Shown: in pieces, positions 57,121 to 64,000 of the stretch | Position numbering within the stretch: position 1 is the stretch's first letter | How the letters are laid out: each line of letters opens with the position of its first letter | Assembly (NCBI GenBank): GCA_963843685.1 | Contig: CAWJLO010000006.1 | Location: 41,680 to 105,679 of the forward strand | Length of the DNA: 64,000 nucleotides | Origin: an uncultured Chloroflexia bacterium | Lineage (GTDB): Bacteria > Chloroflexota > Dehalococcoidia > DSTF01 > JACRBR01 | Reading direction: 5' to 3' | Made by a program: the position numbers and the translations under genes | Notes under the pieces: generated by a model | Seen by the model: only the letters and a program-made list of their open reading frames with translations | The model's database searches: none | What the model was told of the DNA's origin: nothing

Positions 57121-59205
57121 ATGTCTGACCCCGTTCCACTACGACCGCCGGAAGATGAACACCTGCGCGTCCGCGTGCCCCGCCCTACGCCCGTGCCCGA
57201 CGTCGAGCAATCGGAGATTGTCCGGGGCACGAAACCGGGTTCCCGATATGCCCGGCGAGTCCGAGAGGGCGAACGCCACTTCGAACGCGGCGAGGACGAA
57301 GCTACGTTCCGCGCGACGGAGCGTGCTACCGCGCCCCGTACGGGTGCGCAGCGCTTCTGGCGTAACGTGCGCCGCGTCGCCGTCGGCTCGCCGATCGCGT
57401 CGGAGGAGGCGGACGAGCAGCGCCTCCCGAAATGGAAGGCGCTCGCGGTCTTCTCGTCGGACGTGCTCTCGTCAAGCGCCTACGCGACCGACGAGATCCT
57501 GCTGGTACTGGCGGCGGCCGGCGCAGGAGCGTTGACCCACTCGATCGAGATCGCCGGGGCGATCGCCGTCTTGCTGGCGGTCGTCACGTTCTCATACAGG
57601 CAGACGATTCGCGCATATCCCAGCGGGGGCGGCGCGTACATCGTCGCCCGCGAGAACCTGGGCGATGCGTACGGGCTGACGGCGGCGGCGGCCCTCGCCG
57701 TCGACTACGTGCTCACGGTGTCCGTGTCGATCGCGGCCGGCGTACTCGCGATCACGTCAGCCTTCCCGCACCTGCATCCGGTGTCCGTCGAGATCTCGGT
57801 CGGCGTCGTCGCCGTGATCACTCTGCTCAATCTTCGTGGCATCAGCGAGTCGGCGACGATCTTCGCGATACCCACCTACGCATTCATCGTCGCCATCGTC
57901 GTGCTGCTCATAGGCGGCTTTGTCAGACTTGCCATCGACCCGAACCTGCACGCGGCGGTGCCGGCATCCGTCCATCCGCTGGGATCGTCCGGGCTGACGC
58001 TATTCATCGTGCTGCGCGCGTTCGCGTCGGGGTGCGCCGCGCTCACCGGGACCGAGGCCATCTCGAACGGCGTGCCGGCGTTCCGGAAGCCGGAGTCGAA
58101 GAACGCGGCGACGACGCTGTTGTGGATGGGCCTGATCCTGGGGAGCTTCTTCCTGGGCATTACGTTCCTCGCCCACGAGTTCGGCATTCAGCACGCGGAC
58201 AAAGTTTCGGTGCCCGCGCAGATCGCCAAGACCGTCTTCGGCGGCGGGCCGGTGTTCTACTCGATCCAGGCGGCGACGGCCCTGATCCTGCTCCTCGCGG
58301 CGAACACGAGCTTCGCCGACTTCCCGCGCCTGGGCTCGATCCTGGCGCGGGACCGCTTCCTCCCGCACCAGTTCACCTTCCGCGGCGATCGGCTGGCGTT
58401 CTCGAACGGCATCATCGTCCTGGGCGCCAGCGCAGGGTTGCTGCTGATCGCCTTCGACGCCGACGTCGACAAGCTGATCCCGCTGTACGCGTTCGGCGTG
58501 TTCGTCTCGTTCACCCTCTCCCAGAGCGGCATGGTGGTGCACTGGCTGCGCCTGCGCGAGCCGGGCTGGCGCCGCAGCCTCGCCATCAACGCCGTGGGCG
58601 CGGGCGCGACCGGCGTCGTCGCGGCGATCGTCGGCGGCACGAAGTTCAACGAAGGCGCCTGGATCTCCATGCTGGCGATGCTCGCGCTCGCGATCGCGTT
58701 CTTCGCCATCTACAAGCACTACTCGGGCGTGGAACGGAAGATCGAAGTACCGCGCGGCGCCCTCATCGAAACCGGAGCAAAACGTCGCCACGCTGTCCTG
58801 GTGCCGGTCGACGAGATGAACCGCGCCGTGCTGCGCACCGTGGAGTACGCCCGCACGATCTCTCCGGGCGTCACGGCCATCCACGTCACGGACGACCTGG
58901 AGGCCGGCCAGGCACTCCGCCGTCAGTGGGAGGCGACGGTACTGGACATCCCGCTCGTCATCATCGACTCCCCGTACCGGTCGTTCGTGGCGCCGGTGCT
59001 CTCGTACGTCGACGCGCTCGACCGCGCCGACCCGGGGCGGTTCGTGACGGTCGTGCTGCCGGAGTTCCGCACCGCCTGGCCGTGGCAGCGTTTCCTGCAC
59101 AACCAGTCGGCGCGCCGGCTCAAGAACGCGCTGCTCGATCGGCCGAACACGGTCGTGACTGAGGTCCCCTACCTCCTCGCTGCCCCGGACGCTACCGGAG
59201 TCTGA
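57121..59205 (+). CDS. APC-superfamily permease with N-terminal extension and C-terminal Usp-like domain (paralog 2)
   Basis: 694 aa, collinear with 54751..56967 (IVRGTKPGSRYARRVREGERHFERGEDEATFRATERA...KALAVFSSDVLSSSAYATDEILLVL...HAVLVPVDEMNRAVLRTVEYARTISPGVTAIHVTDD...FVTVVLPEF...TVVTEVPY). Confidence 0.8.
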   Translation: MSDPVPLRPPEDEHLRVRVPRPTPVPDVEQSEIVRGTKPGSRYARRVREGERHFERGEDEATFRATERATAPRTGAQRFWRNVRRVAVGSPIASEEADEQRLPKWKALAVFSSDVLSSSAYATDEILLVLAAAGAGALTHSIEIAGAIAVLLAVVTFSYRQTIRAYPSGGGAYIVARENLGDAYGLTAAAALAVDYVLTVSVSIAAGVLAITSAFPHLHPVSVEISVGVVAVITLLNLRGISESATIFAIPTYAFIVAIVVLLIGGFVRLAIDPNLHAAVPASVHPLGSSGLTLFIVLRAFASGCAALTGTEAISNGVPAFRKPESKNAATTLLWMGLILGSFFLGITFLAHEFGIQHADKVSVPAQIAKTVFGGGPVFYSIQAATALILLLAANTSFADFPRLGSILARDRFLPHQFTFRGDRLAFSNGIIVLGASAGLLLIAFDADVDKLIPLYAFGVFVSFTLSQSGMVVHWLRLREPGWRRSLAINAVGAGATGVVAAIVGGTKFNEGAWISMLAMLALAIAFFAIYKHYSGVERKIEVPRGALIETGAKRRHAVLVPVDEMNRAVLRTVEYARTISPGVTAIHVTDDLEAGQALRRQWEATVLDIPLVIIDSPYRSFVAPVLSYVDALDRADPGRFVTVVLPEFRTAWPWQRFLHNQSARRLKNALLDRPNTVVTEVPYLLAAPDATGV

Positions 59206-59273
59206 CCCGAGCCTCCGGCCGCCGCCTCGACTGCTATAGTGGCCGTCGTCGGCCGAGCCCAGGGGGTAATCGC

Positions 59274-59867
59274 ATGTTCCCGAATCGCAACGTCAGCCTC
59301 ATGGCATCGGCCGGGCTGCTGGCGATCGCGCTGCTGGGCGTGGCGTGGTTCGACCTGACTACCGGCGGCGAAGCAAAGCAGGCGCCATTCCTCGGAGCCA
59401 TTGGCACGCCCATCCGCAACGCGTACGTCCCCCCGACGTCGACGCCCGTCGGGCTGCCGACCGCCGTCAGGCCGACGGCGGAGGCCCAGCCCGTCCCCGC
59501 TGGCGTCAAGGGGACGCCCGCGCAGCGCGACCAGCAGCGGAAGGTCGACCTGCTGCTGCTCGTCGACGCCGCGGAGAAGTACAAGGACGACAAAGGCAAT
59601 CTGCCGACAACGGACGATCACGTGCAGAGCCTGTGCACGTACAAGGAGCTCGACCAGGGCTGCAAGCTCGGCGAGTACACCGGCTCCGGAGACGTGCCGT
59701 CCGACCCGGTAGGCGGCGGCTACAACTACTGGTACTCCTCCGACGGTAAGACGGCGCGGTTCTACAGCTCGTTGGAGGAGCCGCTCACCGGCGACGAGCA
59801 GCCCTGCGACACCGACGACGCGGAGCTGGCGAAGCACGCCAACGTCATCTGCGTCACGGCGCCTTAG
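59274..59867 (+). CDS. secreted/membrane-anchored protein with type II secretion pseudopilin G (T2SSG)-like globular domain but no prepilin leader
   Basis: ATG 59274 (GGGGGT RBS): MFPNRNVSLMASAGLLAIALLGVAWF (signal anchor, no G-FTLIE motif), then a Pro-rich linker. Next comes AQRDQQRKVDLLLLVDAAEKYKDDKGNLPTTDDHVQSL...PSDPVGGGYNYWYSSDGKTARFYSSLEEP, which matches the GspG pattern ...[37 protein letters not shown]...PxDPWGxxYxYxSPGxxGxFDLxSLGxDG. Confidence 0.55.
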   Translation: MFPNRNVSLMASAGLLAIALLGVAWFDLTTGGEAKQAPFLGAIGTPIRNAYVPPTSTPVGLPTAVRPTAEAQPVPAGVKGTPAQRDQQRKVDLLLLVDAAEKYKDDKGNLPTTDDHVQSLCTYKELDQGCKLGEYTGSGDVPSDPVGGGYNYWYSSDGKTARFYSSLEEPLTGDEQPCDTDDAELAKHANVICVTAP

Positions 59868-59961
59868 ATCCGCCGGGGCGCCTCAGGAGTATTACTCACA
59901 ATCCGGACGGATCCGCGTGATATCCTGAACCCGCTCGCACCTGAGGAGAAGCAGCAGCGCC

Positions 59962-60567
59962 ATGGCACTTGACCTCTTCAATCGCCGCTCCCAAAAGGAT
60001 CACGCGACCTACGGCGACCGGTTGCCGGCGGGCCAGAAGCTGACGGACGGCTGGCCGGTGCTGCACTACGGCAGCATCCCGTCGATCGAACTCGGCGCCT
60101 GGAAGTTCTCGGTCGTCGGGCTGGTCGACGAGGAAGTGAACTTCACCTGGGAGGAGTTTCTGGCGCTGCCGCAGTCCACCATCCGCTCTGACATCCATTG
60201 CGTCACCCACTGGAGCAAGTTCGACAACGACTGGACCGGCGTGAGATTCACGGACCTCATGCAACACGTGAAGCCAAAGCCCGAGGCGAAGCACGTCATG
60301 GTGCACGGCTTCGGCGGCTACACGACGAACGTGCCGCTGGCGGAGCTGATGGATGACGACGTGCTGTTCGCCCACCAGCACAACGGCGAACCGCTCGCGA
60401 AGGAGCACGGCTGGCCGCTCCGGCTGGTGGTACCCAAACTCTACTTCTGGAAGAGCGCCAAGTGGGTACGTGGCCTCGTGTTCATGGAAGACGAGAAACC
60501 GGGCTTCTGGGAGATGTACGGCTATCACATCCACGGCGACCCCTGGACTGAGGAGCGCTACTCGTAG
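59962..60567 (+). CDS. sulfite-oxidase-fold molybdopterin oxidoreductase (small cytoplasmic YuiH-like form)
   Basis: 201 aa, no signal peptide. Mo-ligating Cys context IHCVTHWSKFDNDWTGV, and ...VMVHGFGGYTTNVP...WPLRLVVPKLYFWKSAKWVRGLVFM. Confidence 0.75.
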   Translation: MALDLFNRRSQKDHATYGDRLPAGQKLTDGWPVLHYGSIPSIELGAWKFSVVGLVDEEVNFTWEEFLALPQSTIRSDIHCVTHWSKFDNDWTGVRFTDLMQHVKPKPEAKHVMVHGFGGYTTNVPLAELMDDDVLFAHQHNGEPLAKEHGWPLRLVVPKLYFWKSAKWVRGLVFMEDEKPGFWEMYGYHIHGDPWTEERYS

Positions 60568-60568
60568 G

Positions 60569-61567
60569 ATGGCCGAACTCGACCTGACGGACCGCCGGAT
60601 TCTCAATGCGCTGCAGGGCTCGCTGACCCTGGACGAGACGCCGTTCGCCTCGATCGCCGAAGAGTGCGGCGTCACCGAGGACGAGCTGCTCCGGCGAGCT
60701 CAGGCGCTGCGGGACGACGGCGTACTCCGGCACCTGAGCCCGATCTTCGACGTCTTCCGCATCGGCTACAAGAGCGCGCTGATCGCCTTCGCCATCGACC
60801 CGGCGCGGCTGGACGAAGCCGCGGCGGTCGTCAGCGCACACCCTGGCGTGAGCCACAACTACGCGCGCGAGCACCATTTCAACCTCTGGGCCGTGCTGGC
60901 GATCCCGCGAGAGCAAGATTTTGACGCGGAGGTGGAGGCGCTGGCGCGTGGCGCGGGCGCGATCTCGTATCACATTCTGCCCGCGCTCAAGCTGTTCAAG
61001 ATCGCCGTTGAGTACGACATGGTCGGCAAGAAGACGGACTCAAGGCCCCGCGAGCAGAAGCCCCGTGGCCCTCGCCGCGACCTGACGGCGGAGGAGCGCG
61101 CGATCATCCGCGTCTGCCAGGACGACCTGCCGCTCGTGCGGCGGCCCTGGGCATCCGCGGCGCGACAGTTGGGCATGAGTGAGCCGGATCTGCTCGACAG
61201 GCTGCGCGCGATGGAACAGGACGGCATCTTGCGCCGGATGGCCGCAGTGCTCCGCCACCAGGAGGCGGGATTCAGCGCAAACGGCATGGCGTGCTGGCGC
61301 GTGCCCGAAGAGCGCATCGAGGAAGTCGGTTCGATCCTGGCGGCGGACCCTCGTGTGAGCCACTGCTACTGGCGGCCGACGTTCCCGGACTGGCCCTACC
61401 CGCTGTTTTCGATGGTGCACTGCGAGACGCGCGCCGATGTCGCCGCGATCGTCGCCGACCTCTCCGGCAAGACCGGCGTCACCGACTACGAGATCCTCTG
61501 GAGCGCGCGAGAGTACAAGAAGGAGCGCGTGCGCTACTTCGCGGACGCGCCCGCTGCCACGCGCTGA
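60569..61567 (+). CDS. fused siroheme decarboxylase (NirD-NirL / AhbA-AhbB type, tandem Lrp/AsnC-like repeats)
   Basis: ATG 60569, 2 nt after the Mo-enzyme stop. Repeat 1: MAELDLTDRRILNALQGSLTLDETPFASIAEECGVTEDELLRRAQALRDDGVLRHLSPIFD...VSHNYAREHHFNLWAVLAI. Repeat 2: LTAEERAIIRVCQDDLPLVRRPWASAARQLGMSEPDLLDRLRAMEQDGILRRMAAVLRHQEAGFSANGMACWRVPEERIEEVGSILAADPRVSHCYWRPTFPDWPYPLFSMVHCETRADV...TDYEILWSAREYKKERVRYF. This is a close match to AhbA/NirD sequences. Confidence 0.8.
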   Translation: MAELDLTDRRILNALQGSLTLDETPFASIAEECGVTEDELLRRAQALRDDGVLRHLSPIFDVFRIGYKSALIAFAIDPARLDEAAAVVSAHPGVSHNYAREHHFNLWAVLAIPREQDFDAEVEALARGAGAISYHILPALKLFKIAVEYDMVGKKTDSRPREQKPRGPRRDLTAEERAIIRVCQDDLPLVRRPWASAARQLGMSEPDLLDRLRAMEQDGILRRMAAVLRHQEAGFSANGMACWRVPEERIEEVGSILAADPRVSHCYWRPTFPDWPYPLFSMVHCETRADVAAIVADLSGKTGVTDYEILWSAREYKKERVRYFADAPAATR

Positions 61568-61641
61568 GCGCGCACCCACGACCCAGGTCCTCGCGGTATA
61601 GTCCCCTTCGAAACACGAGCCGCGCAGCCGACGGGGGCCGC

Positions 61642-62247
61642 TTGCCGTCCATCACCATCGTCCCGCACAAGGTCTCCACGCGCATCACGGATCCGATCGT
61701 CTCGCCGCTGGCGGCGGCCGGTGTGACGCCGAACATGATCTCAGTGGCGGGGTTCGGCGGGAACGTCGCTGCCGGCGCGCTGGCGGCGGGCGGCCACTTC
61801 CTCTGGGCCGGCGCCGTGATGCTCATCTTCAGCGCCCTGGACCTGCTGGACGGCGCGCTCGCCCGCAAGACGGGGACCGTGACAAAGTTCGGCGCGGTGT
61901 TCGACTCGGTGCTCGACCGCGTGTCCGAGGCGGCGGTCCTCGGCGGGCTGCTGTTCCACTACACGGAGGCCGGCGGACACACGCAAGAGATCGTGCTGTG
62001 CTACGCCGCAATCGTGGGCTCAATCATGGTGAGCTACGTGCGGGCACGCGCCGAGGGCATCGGGTTGACGTTGCGGGAGGGGCTGTTCACGCGCGCCGAG
62101 CGGGTGATCTTGCTCGGGGGGGCGCTGGTCGTGGGGCATGGCGTTGTGGTTTGGGCGCTTTGGGTGCTCGCCGTTATGTCACATCTAACCGCCGTGCAAC
62201 GCGTCTTCAATGTGTGGCAACGCACGTCGGGCGATGCGGCCGCGTAG
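61642..62247 (+). CDS. CDP-alcohol phosphatidyltransferase family protein
   Basis: Motif D-x2-D-G-x2-A-R-x8-G-x3-D-x3-D (DLLDGALARKTGTVTKFGAVFDSVLDRVSE); about 6 TM. The start is assigned to TTG 61642 (LPSITIVPHKVSTRITDPIV...); the ORF-track N-terminus from 61291 is Arg-rich. Confidence 0.7.
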   Translation: MPSITIVPHKVSTRITDPIVSPLAAAGVTPNMISVAGFGGNVAAGALAAGGHFLWAGAVMLIFSALDLLDGALARKTGTVTKFGAVFDSVLDRVSEAAVLGGLLFHYTEAGGHTQEIVLCYAAIVGSIMVSYVRARAEGIGLTLREGLFTRAERVILLGGALVVGHGVVVWALWVLAVMSHLTAVQRVFNVWQRTSGDAAA

Positions 62248-62256
62248 CCGACGGAC

Positions 62257-63048
62257 ATGCCCGTGATCCCCGAACGCGAGCAGCGCATCATCCAGGAGCG
62301 ATTCGCGGCCGAGCTCGCCGGGCGCGTCCGCATCGACTACTTCACCCAGCACAGGTCCCCCATCGTCGTGCCGGGGCGCGCCGAGTGCCGGCACTGCGAG
62401 GAAGTCGGCCAGGCGCTCGTCGAGGTCGCGGCGTTGCACCCGCGGATCGCGCTCACCGTCCATGAGTTCGCGGAAGGGCAGGCTGATGCCGAGAAACTCG
62501 GCGTGAAGCGCGTGCCATGCACCGTCATCCGGGGCCAGGCGAACCGTGCGCTCCGCTACTACGGCCTGCCCGGCGGCCACCAGTTCGCGAACCTCATCGA
62601 AACGATCATTATGTCGTCGCGCGCCGACGTCACGATCGGGCATGACGCATTGGTAGCCCTGAAGAAACTGCGCGAGGCCGTCCGCGTCAGCGTGTTCGTT
62701 ACGCCCGCCTGCGAGTACAGTGCAGTCGTGGCGAACATGGTGTTCCGGATGGCGCTGACGCAGGCGAACGTGAAGGCGGAGGTGGTGGAGATCGGCGAGT
62801 TTCCGGAGCTGGTGCAGCGCTTCGCGGTGACGGCCACGCCTACCACGGTGATCGACGGACGCACGTCGATCCGCGGGCTCATCGACGAGACGCAGCTGGC
62901 GACGCAGATCGTCCGCTCGGTCGAGTCGGAAACCACGCCCGCATCGATCGACGCCGGCCCGGCGACCCCGTTCGAGACCGAGCCCCCGACGCAACCGGCA
63001 ACCATCGCGGATCCCGCCGCCCCGCGCATCTACATCCCCGGCCGATGA
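62257..63048 (+). CDS. thioredoxin-fold protein with two tandem Trx-like domains (PDO/glutaredoxin-like), CxxC + CxxS
   Basis: 263 aa; domain 1 GRAECRHCEEVGQAL, domain 2 FVTPACEYSAVVANMV; Pro/Thr-rich C-terminal tail. Confidence 0.65.
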   Translation: MPVIPEREQRIIQERFAAELAGRVRIDYFTQHRSPIVVPGRAECRHCEEVGQALVEVAALHPRIALTVHEFAEGQADAEKLGVKRVPCTVIRGQANRALRYYGLPGGHQFANLIETIIMSSRADVTIGHDALVALKKLREAVRVSVFVTPACEYSAVVANMVFRMALTQANVKAEVVEIGEFPELVQRFAVTATPTTVIDGRTSIRGLIDETQLATQIVRSVESETTPASIDAGPATPFETEPPTQPATIADPAAPRIYIPGR

Positions 63049-64000
63049 CGAGTATCCCCATCGAGGAGAGCGACGCCGCAGCCGCGTCCGAGGAGCCGGT
63101 CGCCGGCACGCTCGAACGGGCGCTCAACTTCGACCTGTCGCGACCGTTCGCCTTCATCGTGCTGGCGATCGCCTACGTCGCGGGACGAGCGCCGTTCATC
63201 AACGACGGATTCGGGACCAAGCCGGACGCCTGGCGCATCGCCTTGTCGGGGTGGTGGCTCTGGGACCGGCACGAGTTCTACCCCTCGCGGCTGCCCGGCT
63301 ATCCCGTGGCGGAGCTGGGCTTCGCCTCGGTGATCAAGGGCGGCTGGGTCGCGACGAACTCGCTCACGATCGCCGTCTCGCTGCTGGGGCTGTGGTTCTT
63401 CGCCAACATCGTGCGGAAGGTCAACCTCCCGAACCGGGCGCTGATCGTCGTCGGCTTCGCGTTCCAACCGCTGATCTGGATCAACACGATGAACACGATG
63501 GACTACGCGTGGGCGCTCACGTTCATCCTGGGCTCGTACTACTTCCTGCTCCAGCGGCACACGTCGCTGGCGGGGCTGATGCTCGGCCTCGCGATCGGCT
63601 CGCGCGTGCCCTCGGCGGCGATGCTGGTACCCGCGATTATCTACCTGTGGCGCGACGGAAAGCGAAACGAGCTGCGCGACTTCGTCGTCTGGGCCGTCTT
63701 CGTGCCGATGATCGCCTTCTTCCCGATCGTCTGGAGATACGGCCCCGACTTCCTCAGCTTCTACGACGCGAAGGTCGGCTACCGGACGGTCATCCGCTTG
63801 CTGGCGAAGGACTCGCTGGGCCTGGTGGGTGCGCTGGCGGTGACGGCGGGCGTCGTCGTGTCCCTGCCGCGCCTGGCGAAGCTGCCGGGCGACGTCTGGC
63901 GCGACAAGAACGTGATGTTCTGGGCGCTGACCATCGTGTTGTACCTGATGGTCTTCTTCCGCCTCCCCCACGAGGCGGCGTACATGCTGCCGCTGTTCCC
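63045..64000 (+). CDS. polytopic membrane protein, GT-C/mannosyltransferase-like (DUF2029-like); 3' end beyond window
   Basis: ATG 63045 overlaps the preceding stop (ATGA). MTSIPIEESDAAAASEEPVAGTLERALNFDLSRPFAFIVLAIAYVAGRAPFINDGFGTKPDAWRIALSGWWLWDRHEFYPSRLPGYPVAELGF...IWINTMNTMDYAWALTFILGSYYFLL... This shows multiple TM helices and normal composition. The opposite-strand ORF 63030..63971 is R/D/E/Q-rich antisense. Confidence 0.5.
   Translation, partial: MTSIPIEESDAAAASEEPVAGTLERALNFDLSRPFAFIVLAIAYVAGRAPFINDGFGTKPDAWRIALSGWWLWDRHEFYPSRLPGYPVAELGFASVIKGGWVATNSLTIAVSLLGLWFFANIVRKVNLPNRALIVVGFAFQPLIWINTMNTMDYAWALTFILGSYYFLLQRHTSLAGLMLGLAIGSRVPSAAMLVPAIIYLWRDGKRNELRDFVVWAVFVPMIAFFPIVWRYGPDFLSFYDAKVGYRTVIRLLAKDSLGLVGALAVTAGVVVSLPRLAKLPGDVWRDKNVMFWALTIVLYLMVFFRLPHEAAYMLPLF

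Noticed and set aside
63030-63971. 313-aa minus-strand ORF at the window end
   Set aside because: It is R/D/E/Q-rich low complexity. The plus-strand frame gives a well-behaved polytopic membrane protein with an ATGA-coupled start at 63045.

Overview
This is a 64 kb window of high-GC (~68-70%) bacterial chromosome, densely coding on both strands, with no mobile elements or CRISPR arrays. The gene content looks like an Actinomycetota/Chloroflexota-type monoderm genome (LPXTG anchor, ComEC, dnaX-ybaB-recR).

Main features, in order:
- An MFS transporter, two crotonase paralogs flanking a DEAD-box helicase, and a Tat-secreted 887-aa glycosidase-like protein.
- A GNAT acetyltransferase, tRNA-Gly(UCC), an SH3b lipoprotein, and an inositol monophosphatase.
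- A long co-directional minus-strand block: alpha/beta hydrolase, repeat lipoprotein, CoA-transferase III, an atypical NRAMP, a soluble MgtE-N/CBS protein, argG and DUF1015.
- HIT, rph and comEC, then a two-subunit ADP-forming acetyl-CoA synthetase.
- RidA, Hint, rpe, argH, a GT-C glycosyltransferase and a HAD hydrolase.
- A flotillin-like SPFH protein with triplicated N-terminal modules, an LPXTG protein, dnaX-ybaB-recR, an APH-fold kinase plus GH20 hexosaminidase, ybeY and a SAM methyltransferase.
- An incomplete nuo cluster (A-C-D-H-J-K-[small ORF]-L-M-N) with no nuoB, nuoI or nuoEFG in situ.
- A 28-aa peptide gene with a GC hairpin, a 7Fe ferredoxin, bcp and a citramalate/isopropylmalate synthase.
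- Two tandem APC permease paralogs with extra N- and C-terminal domains, and a pseudopilin-domain protein without a prepilin leader.
- A sulfite-oxidase-fold Mo enzyme translationally linked to a fused siroheme decarboxylase (NirDL/AhbAB), followed by CDP-alcohol phosphatidyltransferase, a tandem-thioredoxin protein and a GT-C protein.

The most interesting system is the NRAMP-family transporter. Its metal-site residues are changed in the way I recall for Mg2+-transporting NRMTs. It sits in an operon with a soluble protein built from PRC-barrel, MgtE N-domain and CBS-pair modules, which is the Mg2+-sensing cytosolic module of MgtE without its pore.

A strong caveat applies to about a dozen genes, including essential housekeeping ones (rph, rpe, argH). 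They are broken by single-base frameshifts that mostly look like an extra G/C in a short homopolymer. This pattern suggests sequencing error rather than real pseudogenes.
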